This document shows, in pieces, positions 20,485 through 31,873 of a DNA stretch of 48,789 bases. This DNA comes from an uncultured Nitrososphaeraceae archaeon (GTDB lineage Archaea; Thermoproteota; Nitrososphaeria; Nitrososphaerales; Nitrososphaeraceae). Every line of letters starts with the position of its first letter. Positions within the stretch are counted from its first letter, which is position 1. The notes under the pieces were generated by a model that had not been told where the DNA came from, searched no databases, and worked only from the letters and a program-made list of their open reading frames with translations. The DNA lies in assembly GCA_963837175.1 (NCBI GenBank), contig CAWIMJ010000036.1, positions 1 to 48,789 on the forward strand, in the 5' to 3' direction. The position numbers and the translations under genes were made by a program.

Positions 20485-21035
20485 ATCACTTTAACTATAG
20501 GACATTGGATCTTTTCAGTTCTGGCTCTTATGCTTTGTAGGCACCACTTTGATTCGATCGTGTTGGAAATGTAGATTACGATAACTGTGGCAATTATGAT
20601 ATAGGATGGAAGAAGTGTGAGAGCATTAGAAATATGAAAGAAATCTTACGTGATGTTTTGAATGAATTTTACTACCCAAGAAGAGTAAGGAAGACACACA
20701 GAAATAATAGAGAGTATATCAAAGATAGCAAGATTAATCGCTCCTATTTCTTAATGTTTCAGTCAAGCTTTAACCTTTCTAACGTCTAATACAGATACGT
20801 TCACTTAACCAGATACTTCCTGATGAAAAAAGGTGTGCTAGTATGTGCTTGGAAGAAAAGTCAGCTAGAATAGATAAGTAAAACCTGTCGATACTGATAA
20901 TATAAAAATATAGTTGGATAGATATATAATAGAAGTACTTCGGGAATGACTGTAGAAAGACATTCAATGATAAGACTTTAATTGTTATATTTATACCACA
21001 TTCTATTACTCTCCAAACCATTATTATTGCTATTG

Positions 21036-21487
21036 TTACTCTAGCTCTGCCTTTATCCTATTTATCAAATAACCTATCGTAACAGGCTTTTTTATAAAAC
21101 ATCCTATACTTATTGTTGGATATAATTCTCTTACAGCTTCATGATTTACTTCTCCAGCAGACATAAAGCAAACCCTAACATTAACATCTACTTTTAATAT
21201 TTCCGTACATAATTCAAAGCCATTCATATCTGGCATATTAATATCAACTAACAATAAATCATAGAAATTGGGCTTGAATTGTGATAGTGCTGATATAGGA
21301 TCATTAAACGTATATACTTCAAGTTTATCATTTTCTCTTTCTAAGGCAGATTTGAAGGTTAGAGTAATATCAGGATCATCATCTACAATTAGAATCCTTT
21401 TGAGAAATGAATCTTGTTTTTCTTTAGCAAAAGTAATTATTTGATCCCCATTTCCGACACTATGATCATCATTAGCTATTTTTGCAT
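21036..21487 (-). CDS. Single-domain response regulator; the in-frame start is lost, apparently by a 1-nt homopolymer indel
   Basis: RILIVDDDPDI..YDLLLVDINMPDMNG..CFMSA..FIKKP is one open frame with no ATG/GTG/TTG upstream of 21254; ATG 21487 would join it with one extra A. Confidence 0.85.
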
Positions 21488-21639
21488 TCGTTTGCTTAAT
21501 AAAGTAAATTAGATATTAATAAGGTTTTTAGTATTAAATGATCCAAATATTATAGAAACTACGAATCTTATAAATTATCGGCTCATTATATAATGTATCT
21601 CTTATATTATTTCAAATTCAGATTTGGAAAATCATTCTT

Positions 21640-22131
21640 GTTCTATTCATGACTGTTTTGGATATTAATAATAATGAGTTCAGAATAAGGTTTCTACAAG
21701 CGCTGAATATGACTTTAGCATGGATGTTTTGGCTAGTAGTAATCTTATCTTCCTCTATCCACCTATACATGCTCAAGGTAGCTTTGATTGCGATGATGAA
21801 CTCTTTAGTTCTGCAGTAGTATTATCAATAATAGTACTTGCCAGTTGTTTTAGCAAGATATTGTAAAGCTTGTCAGCTACCTCTAATATCATGGCATTAT
21901 ATTCTTCATCATAGTCCTCTGGTTGTGATAATGGTTGCTGTGCAGATATTATTGCTGTCGAAGATAAAGAGGAATTACGTACTAGAATGTTATAATATTT
22001 GTCATGGTTTATTCTTATAGATTCAATTACTGACGCAAGAGCAAATTGTAAGAGTACTTTACCATCTGCTAGAAACTTACTGACTTCTTCTTCAACAGTC
22101 TTCTTGATTTTAAGGTATTCTTCATTATTGC
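21640..22131 (-). pseudogene. HTH/coiled-coil family C-terminal remnant, copy 2
   Basis: NNEEYLKIKKTVEEEVSKFLADGKVLLQFALASVIESIR...ILEVADKLY matches 8570-8880. Confidence 0.8.
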
Positions 22132-22646
22132 TATGATAATGAAAATTATGATAATGAAAATACCTGTATTGCCTACTCTTTGAATTATCAAACTTTATCC
22201 ATCTTAAGTTGTCTTGGAGATGATTAATAATAGTATTATAATTTTATCGACATATAACTCACTATTATGCATTTACGATATAGTTTAGGACGTGCAAGTT
22301 AACGTAAATCATTACCTCCAACAAAATGAATTAGCAACCTAAAATTGATACGAACTCAACGCATATGCATAAAAACAATAATTTTATCTAGTTATATACA
22401 TGTTCTAAATTACGTTCTTCTCTTAGATATTGATAATAATAATCATTTTCGAAATCTTCAATTCTATCTTTGAAATATCCGACTACTCTTTCAAGGATAC
22501 TCCTTTGATATGATGAATGAAGTCTCTATATGATCTAGACCTATAGAATAATAGTCTTCTGGGTATCATTTATACTACCATCTGAATACTTTTGTTAGTT
22601 GGACAAAAATGTATTTATGAAAGTCTTTCGGTAATACCGTTTACAA

Positions 22647-23360
22647 TTGCGATTGTTGAAGAAGTTTGCTCTGTTATGGATGATGATCCTAGCAATATAC
22701 GTCATTTCTTCAAGCATAGTATTAGTCAGGGCCGATAGTATCAATCCCGGCGTATTTTCAAAGGATTCCGCACCTTATGGTATTCCATATGGTGAATGGT
22801 TAGCAAAATGGTGGCAGTGGAGTTTTTCGATACCAACTGCACAACATCCAAGGGATGCATATACTCCAGAGAAATGTACATTAAATCAAGAAGGTCCTGT
22901 ATGGTTCTTGGCTGATCAGCTTGGTGGTCAAGAAGAGCGCACATGTATTATACCTGCAGGAAAGGCGATCTTTGTTCCACTTCTTGTAGGAGAATGTGAT
23001 TACAGTAGTCCCGATGTCAAATCAGACGAAGCCTTGCGTCGCTGTGCAATGGCAGGTGATGAATATGGTGTAATTGAGGCTACTGTATATGGCATGAAAT
23101 CGAAAAGTCTTGAGCAATACAGAACACAGTCTGGTTTTTTCAATATAACTATACCGGAAAATAATATTTATGATGAGCCAGCAGGTAGTTATAGAGCTTT
23201 TGCTGATGGATTCTTTGTGTTCTTAGAACCCCTATCGGCTGGTAAACATGATGTACATCTTAAAGTCAGCGTATTAAATCCTGTCAACCAACAGTTCAAT
23301 TACAATGCAGATTGGACTTACCATCTGATAATAGCAAAACCCACAAATTCAACCAAGTAA
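22647..23360 (+). CDS. Secreted Cys-containing hypothetical protein (KWWQW family)
   Basis: Signal peptide; PYGEWLAKWWQW, GPVWFL, CIIPAGKAIFVP, GECDY, DGFFVFLEPL. Confidence 0.88.
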   Translation: MRLLKKFALLWMMILAIYVISSSIVLVRADSINPGVFSKDSAPYGIPYGEWLAKWWQWSFSIPTAQHPRDAYTPEKCTLNQEGPVWFLADQLGGQEERTCIIPAGKAIFVPLLVGECDYSSPDVKSDEALRRCAMAGDEYGVIEATVYGMKSKSLEQYRTQSGFFNITIPENNIYDEPAGSYRAFADGFFVFLEPLSAGKHDVHLKVSVLNPVNQQFNYNADWTYHLIIAKPTNSTK

Positions 23361-23562
23361 TAATAGTAAACAATCAGCAGGCTTTTTATTATCAATCTTT
23401 GCCTTTACTATTACGAAAACGTTCTGGATCTTCTATACTGTGGATATCCTCTTGGTTTGATAGGTTTGGGAGTGTAGATGAAGACTGCGACAATAGTGAT
23501 GATGTAGGATCGGTTGAAGAAGTGGTGGCGGCAGCACTAGATATTGCATTATCTGTCAATAC

Positions 23563-24576
23563 TGCTCTGTTGCATAACTTGTTTAAACAATCTTTTTCAT
23601 TACTCTATAATTGAGAATTATATAATGGCTATACTTTGAAACCAGTTATATAATGATGCTCTTAGTATTAGTTCCTTTATCATATTCTCAAATCTAATAG
23701 CAGTAACATTTATCCAAATATTCTTTTAATACATGAGAAGACGGTTTCTGCAATCCATCTCTTGCCATAGTTCACACTAACCTTCCAATTCTGTAAATTA
23801 TTTTTCTGTATTTTCACCATCTTGTTTCTAAGATAATGATTTACCTTTCTACATCTAGAATTCTTTCTAATCTTTATTGCTGGTTTGATTCCTTTAAATG
23901 ACAATATCTGAAAATTCTTGTTACTATCATACAAACCATCAGCAATTACTGTGTTTACTATTTTATTCTGCTTTATTGTTATTATATCATCTATCAATTC
24001 TGGAAGTATTTTACCATCATGTACTTGTTCACTGGTTACATGTAATGATAAAATTCTCTTCTTTTTTATGTCAACTGCTAAATGTATCTTTAGATAGCCT
24101 CTTTTGACATTCCATTTATGTCTAATCCACTCGCCTCTATTAGATACCTTTATTCCAGTAGAATCAATGGCAATTACAAAATGGTCATCATGTAAACTGG
24201 ATTTATTCGCATCATCAATTTTAATATGTAGTCTATTTATTCTTCTGCTAATGTTACTATAGTCAGGAATTGATGGTAATGTGTTTGAAGCATGCTCCCT
24301 AACTACTCCTTCAGTCTGTCTGTATGATGGTAAATGAAAATATGCTCTCATGTAGCCAAGTAATTTGATAAATGAATCTGGGTATACGAACTTTCTACCT
24401 TCTTTACCTTGATTCATCTTCTCTAATTCAGTAGGCCAGTTATCTATAACATCAAAATCAAGTAATACCTCACCACGTTTAACAAGAGATTCATTGTACT
24501 TGTTCCAGTTCACATGTATTATGACTAGAATAGGTTAGCTAAATGTGTTGGGAACAGGGAGTTATGCAACAAGGCA
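23563..24576 (-). mobile_element. IS5-family insertion sequence with TIRs and 8-bp target duplication
   Basis: TIRs TGCTCTGTTGCATAAC / TGCCTTGTTGCATAAC; GTCAATAC at 23555-23562 and 24577-24584. Confidence 0.92.
23710..24513 (-). CDS. IS5-family DDE transposase, C-terminus cut by a frameshift
   Basis: NWNKYNESLVKRGE, IAIDSTG, YLKIHLAVD, ADGLYD, RWIAETVFSCIKR; the tail (IRFENMIKELILRASLYN) is in another frame. Confidence 0.9.
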   Translation of the reverse strand: MNWNKYNESLVKRGEVLLDFDVIDNWPTELEKMNQGKEGRKFVYPDSFIKLLGYMRAYFHLPSYRQTEGVVREHASNTLPSIPDYSNISRRINRLHIKIDDANKSSLHDDHFVIAIDSTGIKVSNRGEWIRHKWNVKRGYLKIHLAVDIKKKRILSLHVTSEQVHDGKILPELIDDIITIKQNKIVNTVIADGLYDSNKNFQILSFKGIKPAIKIRKNSRCRKVNHYLRNKMVKIQKNNLQNWKVSVNYGKRWIAETVFSCIKRIFG

Positions 24577-25095
24577 GTCAATACCTCTACAACGTTTTCA
24601 TAATTCTTTTCGGCCAAGCCTAATAAGTTATCCTTGTTGGATTCAAGGTATTTGGTAAAGTTATTGCTATTATCTTTGTATACAGTATTACCAGAGGCTA
24701 TATGATAACAAATATTGTCAATTCCCCAGGTGTTTTAAGGTATACTGAATCATCGATCCCTTTGTTAAATTTTAGTCCGGAGCCTTTAGATACATTTTAG
24801 TTATTCATTCATACATTATACATTTTGAATTTATATAATCATAAAGTAGACTTTTTCGTAATACTAAGAAAACAAAATAGAATTGATAAGTATGACGAAT
24901 TAATTTTAGTAAATGATAATGGAATAACCAATATAGCAAGAGATTTATGGATTAAAGGAAAGCAAATCAATGTTCAAAAACTTAATCCTGACAATCCATC
25001 TGATAATCAGTACATCGGTTATACAAAATTCGAATTTGAATGCTCGCAGTGGGATTAGAATATTTGAGATAATTTGCTTTACTGCTGGAATTAAA

Positions 25096-26190
25096 TCAAT
25101 CTGCGATATCATCTTCACTATTATGAAAACTCCTTTGTCTTTCTATCCTCCTGTATGTATCACCCCCATTTGATGGCCTTGGGAACATAGATGATAATTT
25201 GGGGTCGGATGGAGGAGAAGAAGCGCCGGCATTTATAACGTTATTTATAGCATTATTTGTCAACTCTTCTACAAGGTTTTCGTACTGCTTTTCTGCTAAA
25301 TCTAATATGTTAAACTTATTGGATTCAAGATATTTTGTAATGTTATTGCTATTATCTTTGTGTTCGTCACCAACGTTCGTCGTAGATATGTTGTAAATTA
25401 ATTTCATCATTTCTGGATCAGCTTTTAACATCTGGATCAGTACGGTAAATGATACTGATATTACTTGTTTATTTTCTGCTAAGATGGCTTTAACATATTC
25501 TTTGACGATCTGCTTTAGCTCATCATTGTTTGAAACGTTTGCAATCCATTTTTCTAATCTATCCTTTTGGGCAATAAGCTCCTGTAACTGCTGTTCTTTT
25601 CTCTTGCAATCTTGTTCACAAGAAAATGCAGTTTTATCTAATATTGATATTTTATATTCCAAAGCCTTTATAACATTTAGCAAATGATGTCGTGTCTGTT
25701 GCATCTTCTGAGTCTCATCTCTGGCTTGTATATACAGAGTTTCTGTATGAGGAAGTCGATTAACAGCAGTATCTATAGCATTAACTACCTGTTCAATACT
25801 CATGCCTCTTTGCTTTATTAGTAGTTTGTATAATTTCAAAATTGGACCTAATTTACCATTTGTCTCCTTGAATATCGAATTGAGTACGTGCATTCGTTTT
25901 AGCTTCCAGTATTCATTGTATAATTTGGTTGCGTCTGGCTGTCTTAAGTTTAGTGCGATCGCGACTTCAACAGGGCGCTTACCCTCAGCAAAAAGTTTGT
26001 AAGCTTTGGAAGATAGCTCTTCCTGATGTTGCTTGTGTTCATATTTTTGTCGTCTGGCTTGTTCTTCCTTTACCATAGCATGTATGTCACATGGAGATAT
26101 TCTTTCTATCTTTGCTATTTCAGTATAAGTCTTATGCTGATTAAAATATAGTTCTATTACGCGCCTTTTTCGTTCTTCCGATATCTGCAA
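25096..26190 (-). CDS. HTH/coiled-coil repeat-family protein, intact copy 4
   Basis: 364 aa; two HTH-like segments (KTYTEIAKIERISP; KRPVEVAIALNL) followed by a long coiled coil. Confidence 0.85.
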   Translation of the reverse strand: MQISEERKRRVIELYFNQHKTYTEIAKIERISPCDIHAMVKEEQARRQKYEHKQHQEELSSKAYKLFAEGKRPVEVAIALNLRQPDATKLYNEYWKLKRMHVLNSIFKETNGKLGPILKLYKLLIKQRGMSIEQVVNAIDTAVNRLPHTETLYIQARDETQKMQQTRHHLLNVIKALEYKISILDKTAFSCEQDCKRKEQQLQELIAQKDRLEKWIANVSNNDELKQIVKEYVKAILAENKQVISVSFTVLIQMLKADPEMMKLIYNISTTNVGDEHKDNSNNITKYLESNKFNILDLAEKQYENLVEELTNNAINNVINAGASSPPSDPKLSSMFPRPSNGGDTYRRIERQRSFHNSEDDIAD

Positions 26191-26195
26191 ACTAA

Positions 26196-27110
26196 GAGCC
26201 TATCCCAAAAATAGATAGACATATAGCTTGAAGATAATAATCTGCTTATACATGTGACATGTGACATATAGGAAAAAGAAACATCTTCCCACCATTAGAA
26301 AGATTCCAGATGATTTATGGGATGAGATCAAGCTAATACTTCCATCAGAAAAACTAGATAAAACTGTAGGACGTCCAGTTGTACCATTTAGAAAAGTATT
26401 TGACGGTATATTCTTTACGTCTTAAGAACGGGATGTCAGTGGAAAATGCTTCCTAAGAAGGAGTATGGTTCTGGCTCTACTACGTGTCATCATAGACGAT
26501 TTCAGGAATGGACACAGTGTCTAAAGTATTTGAAAAATTATGGATTAGATTATTACAAGTTTATAATGATCTTAGAGGTATTTGATGGAGATGGTTATCG
26601 CTTGATAGTGTTTCTATCAAAGCTCCTTTAGTATGGGCGACTTTACAGGCCGAAATCCAACTGATAGATAGAGGCAAACTAGGAACAAAACGTCATGTGT
26701 GTTGACAGACAAGAGAGGTATTATTCCATTATCTCTGTTGTTATCACACTGCTGCCAATACACATGATATGAAGGCTGCTGTAACAGATACGCTTGATAG
26801 TGTGATAGTTGAAAGACTGTTAAAGAAACAGAATCTGTGTCTTGACAAAGGATATGATTTTCCAGAAATAGAAAGAGAATCTACCAAAAGAAGATACATC
26901 CCACATATTCTTTACAGAGGTGAAGAAAAAGAATTGATAAAGATAGATATCCAACAAGGAGGTGGGTTGTAGAAAGAATCAATTCATGGCATAATAAGAG
27001 GTTCAGAAAGTTATTAGTAAGATACGAAAAGAAATGAGATAACTATATTGCACTGGTTTGTTTAGCCTGCTGTATTATTGTCTATAGGAGGATAATTTTG
27101 GGATAGGCTC
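26196..27110 (+). mobile_element. IS5-family (IS1031-group-like) element with decayed transposase
   Basis: Perfect 15-bp TIR GAGCCTATCCCAAAA / TTTTGGGATAGGCTC; TAA duplication; fragments IPDDLWDEIK, YVLRTGCQWKMLP, HRRFQEW, LCLDKGYD. Confidence 0.92.
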
Positions 27111-27144
27111 TAAGTGATTCAAGCTAGAATAAATGGATCCAAAC

Positions 27145-27280
27145 TGCATTGTTGCATAACTCATTAATCTCTATGCGGCGTTACTTTTTGAAGCTATTTT
27201 CTTGTAATAAATGTATTGTATAATGATGCTTTTAGCATCATTTCCTTAACTATGTTTGAATATTTCCTTGCTGATACTAA
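27145..27280 (-). mobile_element. Terminal remnant of an IS5 element related to 23563-24576
   Basis: TIR TGCATTGTTGCATAACT plus transposase tail SNIVKEMMLKASLYN. Confidence 0.75.
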
Positions 27281-27458
27281 TTTAATTACATTGTAAAGTC
27301 AAACTTTGAATAGAAAAATCATTGAGCATAAAGAAGAGAAACTCTCAGGAACCTAGGAAGCACTAATTCTAAGAGAGACAGATAGAGTAGTTAGACTAGA
27401 ATGGATAGTGTCCTATATCGCAAGCTAGAAAAGAATCTATTATTACTTCTCTTAAGTG

Positions 27459-29165
27459 TTAGGCTAGATCTGGTTCAGTATGCACTATTACCCTGCTAGC
27501 CCCTGTCTGCTGAATAATTAGATTTTGAACATATGTGGCTATTCTGTGTGCATCCTCTAATGTAGTAGAAGTTTTTCCCATCTCAGCTTTAATATTTATT
27601 ATCAGAGTTATATGCTGTTCTCCATTCACATCTACTGCAGCTATATCTTTGCAGTCGACAACTCTATCTACAGATAAAGCTGTTTTTCTTATTTTTTCTA
27701 TATCTGACTGGCTGGCTTTCTTCTCTGTTCCTATTATTGATACATCTTCAGTAGCTTCTATTTCTATATGAGTTGTAATATTTCTTATTTGGGAAATTTC
27801 GTTTTTCAATCTGTTTTCAAAAGATTCTATAATGTTGTGAGCAGTATTAAGGTCAAGATAAGAATTCACTTGAACATCAAGGTACAGATGTAATGATGGT
27901 GATGGTGGTGGTAGCTGTTGTGGAGAATGATTCTTTTTATTTTCTTCTCTTCTGGCAGATAGATTACTATTTGAGTTTGCAAATATTTTTTCTCTTTCAT
28001 TTCCTCCTCCTTCTTTTTCATCTGCTGTCGATTCTATCAACGATTCAGATGATGATGTATCAGGGGATACAGAGGAAGAAGGTATTTTTGACATATATAT
28101 TGAATGAACATTTTTTATGCCATCTGTTTCTGCAGCAGTTAGTCTTATTCTATCAGTTATAGTTTCACTAGCAAATTCTGTTGCGTCTACATGTACTAAT
28201 ACATTAGAGTTTGGTAAAATATGCCTGACCTTTTCTTCAACTGCTGTCGCTACTCTGTGAGCTCTGTCATGAGTGAAGGTTCGTGGAACCTCAATATGCA
28301 TATCAACATAATTTTCTGACCCCATCTTCCTAATACGAATATCATGTGGTCTGCTGACACCTTCAAGTCCAGATACTGTTTCTAGAACTTGATGATATAC
28401 ACCTTTAGGTGCCTTATCTAATAGCACATCTAATGTCCTTCTTCCAAGTCCCAATGATGTATATATTATCATACCAGCTACTATAATCGCTGCATAAGCA
28501 TCAGCATTAGGAATATTAAATATCAATACTAAGAAAAGTCCTACAACAACTATTGCAGAAGAAAACATATCTGTTTTGAAATGAAGAGCGTCTGCTTCCA
28601 GTGCCTGACTGCCAAACTTCCTTGCAGTTTTGTATAATGCTCTGAATCTTCCAAAATCAACTCCTATGGACACTAACATAATCACAAATGAGAATACTGT
28701 AATTTCTGGTTGTATATTTTTGACTAGTAATATTCTCACTATACCTTCATAGAATACCCAGCCAGCTACTGCAAATAAAAGTATAATTTCAGCTAAACTA
28801 ACGATACTTTCAAATTTTGCATAACCGTACGTATATCTCGAATCTGGAGGTCGCATCACTATGCGTATGGCGGAGAACGTCATCAATGCAGCTATAAAAT
28901 CAAGTCCAGAATGCATAGATTCAGATAAGATTCCAAGACTGTTTGTCGAAAACCCTATGACAAATTTTAGCACCATAAGTGATGCTGAAGCTATAATAGA
29001 AGTAATAGCTACTCTTACCTTCTCCTCTAATGCAATTCTTCTTTCTAAGAGAGAGGATTTTGTTTTTGCTGTTGTTGTTGATTCTTTTCTATCTACCGCT
29101 TTGTGTGTATTATTGTAGTGAAGATTATCATTGTCATTATCATTATCGTCATCTTTCTTTACCAC
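27459..29165 (-). CDS. Cation diffusion facilitator (CDF) transporter with repeated C-terminal dimerisation domains
   Basis: SESMHSGLD, ADALHFKTD, then repeated AH..A..VE..VHVD / THIE / VHTEP modules. Confidence 0.92.
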   Translation of the reverse strand: MVKKDDDNDNDNDNLHYNNTHKAVDRKESTTTAKTKSSLLERRIALEEKVRVAITSIIASASLMVLKFVIGFSTNSLGILSESMHSGLDFIAALMTFSAIRIVMRPPDSRYTYGYAKFESIVSLAEIILLFAVAGWVFYEGIVRILLVKNIQPEITVFSFVIMLVSIGVDFGRFRALYKTARKFGSQALEADALHFKTDMFSSAIVVVGLFLVLIFNIPNADAYAAIIVAGMIIYTSLGLGRRTLDVLLDKAPKGVYHQVLETVSGLEGVSRPHDIRIRKMGSENYVDMHIEVPRTFTHDRAHRVATAVEEKVRHILPNSNVLVHVDATEFASETITDRIRLTAAETDGIKNVHSIYMSKIPSSSVSPDTSSSESLIESTADEKEGGGNEREKIFANSNSNLSARREENKKNHSPQQLPPPSPSLHLYLDVQVNSYLDLNTAHNIIESFENRLKNEISQIRNITTHIEIEATEDVSIIGTEKKASQSDIEKIRKTALSVDRVVDCKDIAAVDVNGEQHITLIINIKAEMGKTSTTLEDAHRIATYVQNLIIQQTGASRVIVHTEPDLA

Positions 29166-29576
29166 AATTAACTTCTTTTAAAATATCCTCTTTTACGTAT
29201 ATATACTTAGTTAACAGCATATTACGTGTATCTTCTAGTTGTCACATTAATGAATTGATATATTGAGATATAATCGAAATGTATTTTAGAGTCCATATGT
29301 ATATTGTGGATAAATTAATTTCTATGTTAAAGCAGGTTGCTGGTATTCTAGTATCTTTGTTAATGATAATACCCAAAAAGTAAATGTCTAACTCAGTACA
29401 AGCAGTGTAGGAATTTATCCAGCTTGATAATTTGAATTTTGTAGTTTCTTTGTAGACAACATCAACATCATAATATTGATCTCAGTTAAAATATATAGAC
29501 AATAATGAGACTACACTTATAAGTGTAAAATAAAATACGTCGCTTCTCTTTGGTTCAACTTTTTTTACATTTGTAA

Positions 29577-30290
29577 TGCATTGTTGCATAACTGACTCTT
29601 CTGTAAGTATGAACTGACCTATCTGGATTTAGCTTAGATATTATAATGACAACTAGTGGTTAACTGCTGGCATAACTATAATGAATCATTAGTCAGACGT
29701 GGAGAGGTAATTCTGGATTTTGATGTTATTGATAGATAGCTGGGATAATGAATTGGACAATATGAATAATGGTAAGCAAGGTGGTGCATTCTATAAATAT
29801 CCAAATTCTTTTGTTCAATTGCTTGATTGGTTATATGAGAGAGCATATTTTTCATTTACCATCATATAGACAGACAGACTGAAGGTGTTGTTAGAGAGAG
29901 TATATACTGGTAGTAAAGTACGCTCTATTCCAGATTACACAGTACAATAAACAAAGAAGACTAAACAAACTAGATATTAGAATTAACAAAAGAATAGCAA
30001 ATGATATTGTCATAGTATTATTAGATAATAGTACTGGGATCAAGGTAACTAACTAATAGAGGAGGAGGAGAGTGGTGGTTAGCTAGCTCACAAATGGAAT
30101 ATAAGAAAAGGATACCTCAAAATACATGTCGCAGTAGATATCAAAAAAAAGAAGAAAATTGTATCCTTAGAAGTTACAACCAAAGAAGTACATATGATGG
30201 AATGATGGAATGATGCTAATAAAGAAGCTGATAGAAAATGCTGCTGAGAATAACGATGTAAAAAGAATGATTGAGTTATGCAACAATGCA
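29577..30290 (+). mobile_element. Internally deleted, decayed IS5 element (same group as 23563-24576)
   Basis: TIRs TGCATTGTTGCATAACT (29577) and AGTTATGCAACAATGCA (30290); fragments WHNYNESLVRRGEVILDFDVID and GYLKIHVAVDIKK. Confidence 0.88.
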
Positions 30291-30653
30291 GTTGGAAAGT
30301 AAAGATAAAATAAAGCCCTTTTTTTTGTCAGTTTATAATTGTGTTATCATTGTTTCCCTGATGCTATATTTTTTATTATTCTCATATCATAGTTTGTTAT
30401 CTTTATTATTACTATGATTCAGAGGCAGCATTCTGCTTGACTAATTGAATACAGGTTTACTGTTGTATTTAATACAGTCTTGGCATTAAGATATGAATTA
30501 CGCTACTCAATCTTCTAACAATACCAGCACTTTGACTACCCTACTACAAAGATATTAATAAATATTCATCCTAGATTAAAGACTTCCGAGAAACTATTCA
30601 TGAGGATAGCACATCGAAGACGTTGGAAAGCTGATATCTGGTGAACAAATAAA

Positions 30654-31430
30654 TTGGCAGTTACTTTATTAGGATCTTTACTATGGGGACTTATTGCTAG
30701 TATTCCTCTGCTTATAGGATCTGTAGTAGCATCTTATGTAAGCCTTCCAAAAAATATTATTGCAACAATAATGGCTTTTGGCAGTGGAGTATTGGTTGCA
30801 GCTCTAGCCTTCTCTTTAATGGAAGAAGCCTTTCAATTAGCACAACAATCTATTCTACCTGTAATCATTGGTTTTGCTGCCGGAGGAGTATCTTATAGCG
30901 TAGTAAATTATGTCCTTAACAAAAAAGGAGGCACAAAGCATAGAAAAAAATCTCATGGTGAAAATGCAGGAGGAGGAAAGAATGCCTCAGGATTAGCTTT
31001 ATTGATAGGTTCTGTCATGGATAACATCCCTGAAAATATGGCACTTGGAATATCGTTAGTAACAGGAGGAGCAGTAAACGTGGTTCTCATAGTAGCTATT
31101 TTTCTTTCAAACTTTCCAGAAGGATTATCGTCATCTCAAGGTATGAAAGCACATGGAAGAAGCAAAAGATATATACTTACATTGTGGTCTATAGCAGTTG
31201 TTATAGGAACAATATCGGCATATATTGGGTTTAGTTTTCTATCCAATACAAATCCAGCTATAATATCAATAGCAATATCATTTGCTGCAGGGGCAATACT
31301 TGTTATGTTAGCTGAATCAATGATACCTGAAGCTCATGAGGAAGGAGGAGGAGTGAGTAGAATAGGTCTTGCTACTATGGCAGGTTTTGCTATTGCATTT
31401 ATTCTTGGAAGGTTGAAAGGGAGCAGCTAA
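30654..31430 (+). CDS. ZIP-family (ZupT/GufA-like) metal transporter
   Basis: MAFGSGVL, MDNIPENMALG, LSNFPEGLS, ESMIPEA motifs. Confidence 0.9.
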   Translation: MAVTLLGSLLWGLIASIPLLIGSVVASYVSLPKNIIATIMAFGSGVLVAALAFSLMEEAFQLAQQSILPVIIGFAAGGVSYSVVNYVLNKKGGTKHRKKSHGENAGGGKNASGLALLIGSVMDNIPENMALGISLVTGGAVNVVLIVAIFLSNFPEGLSSSQGMKAHGRSKRYILTLWSIAVVIGTISAYIGFSFLSNTNPAIISIAISFAAGAILVMLAESMIPEAHEEGGGVSRIGLATMAGFAIAFILGRLKGSS

Positions 31431-31697
31431 TTATAAGAAGAAGAATAGTTGGACTTGACGAAATCACGGAATTTGATATCTTTTTGTTCTATATCAAGAC
31501 CCTCAAACTTACAGAAATTCAAGAATCTTTCTAATAGATTGGGAATTGTCTTTGAACTTCTTTTGATTTTAATGCAATTTTTAATTTTGTATAAGGAGAT
31601 AATCTTGATGATGAAACTAGTAGTGAATCAGTAGATATCTCGGTAGACATTATGACATTATCATGATGTAGTCCTATAAAACGATACACTAGTGAAG

Positions 31698-31873
31698 CGG
31701 GTTCGGTGTAATGCAAGACAGAATTGACTCATTTTTACCACCCAGGATTCATTCTATCTATAGAAATACATTCTCAGAATACAAAGACTGAGGACAAAGG
31801 TGAACTAAATATTTTCAGAAATCTATATAACATCTTTTTTGCAAACGTAGGAGAATTTCTTGTTATTTATTAA
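31698..31873 (-). repeat. Histidine-kinase trailer copy C ending in a tRNA-3'-like site
   Basis: aggattcattctat.tatagaaatacattctcagaatacaaagactgaggac shared with 12121-12294. Confidence 0.85.

Larger units (their letters stand above)
23390..24760 (-). pseudogene. HTH/coiled-coil family C-terminal remnant, copy 3, interrupted by an IS5 element
   Basis: KYLESNKDNLLGLAEKNYENVVEVL | TDNAISSAA...ERFRNS aligns to the C-terminus of 25096-26190 across the IS. Confidence 0.75.

Noticed and set aside
24825-25058. 77-aa ORF
   Set aside because: Plausible fragment but no motif or clear start.
27145-30290. Composite transposon carrying the CDF gene
   Set aside because: The outer TIRs face inward, but the flanks (atccaaac / gttggaaa) are not a direct repeat.
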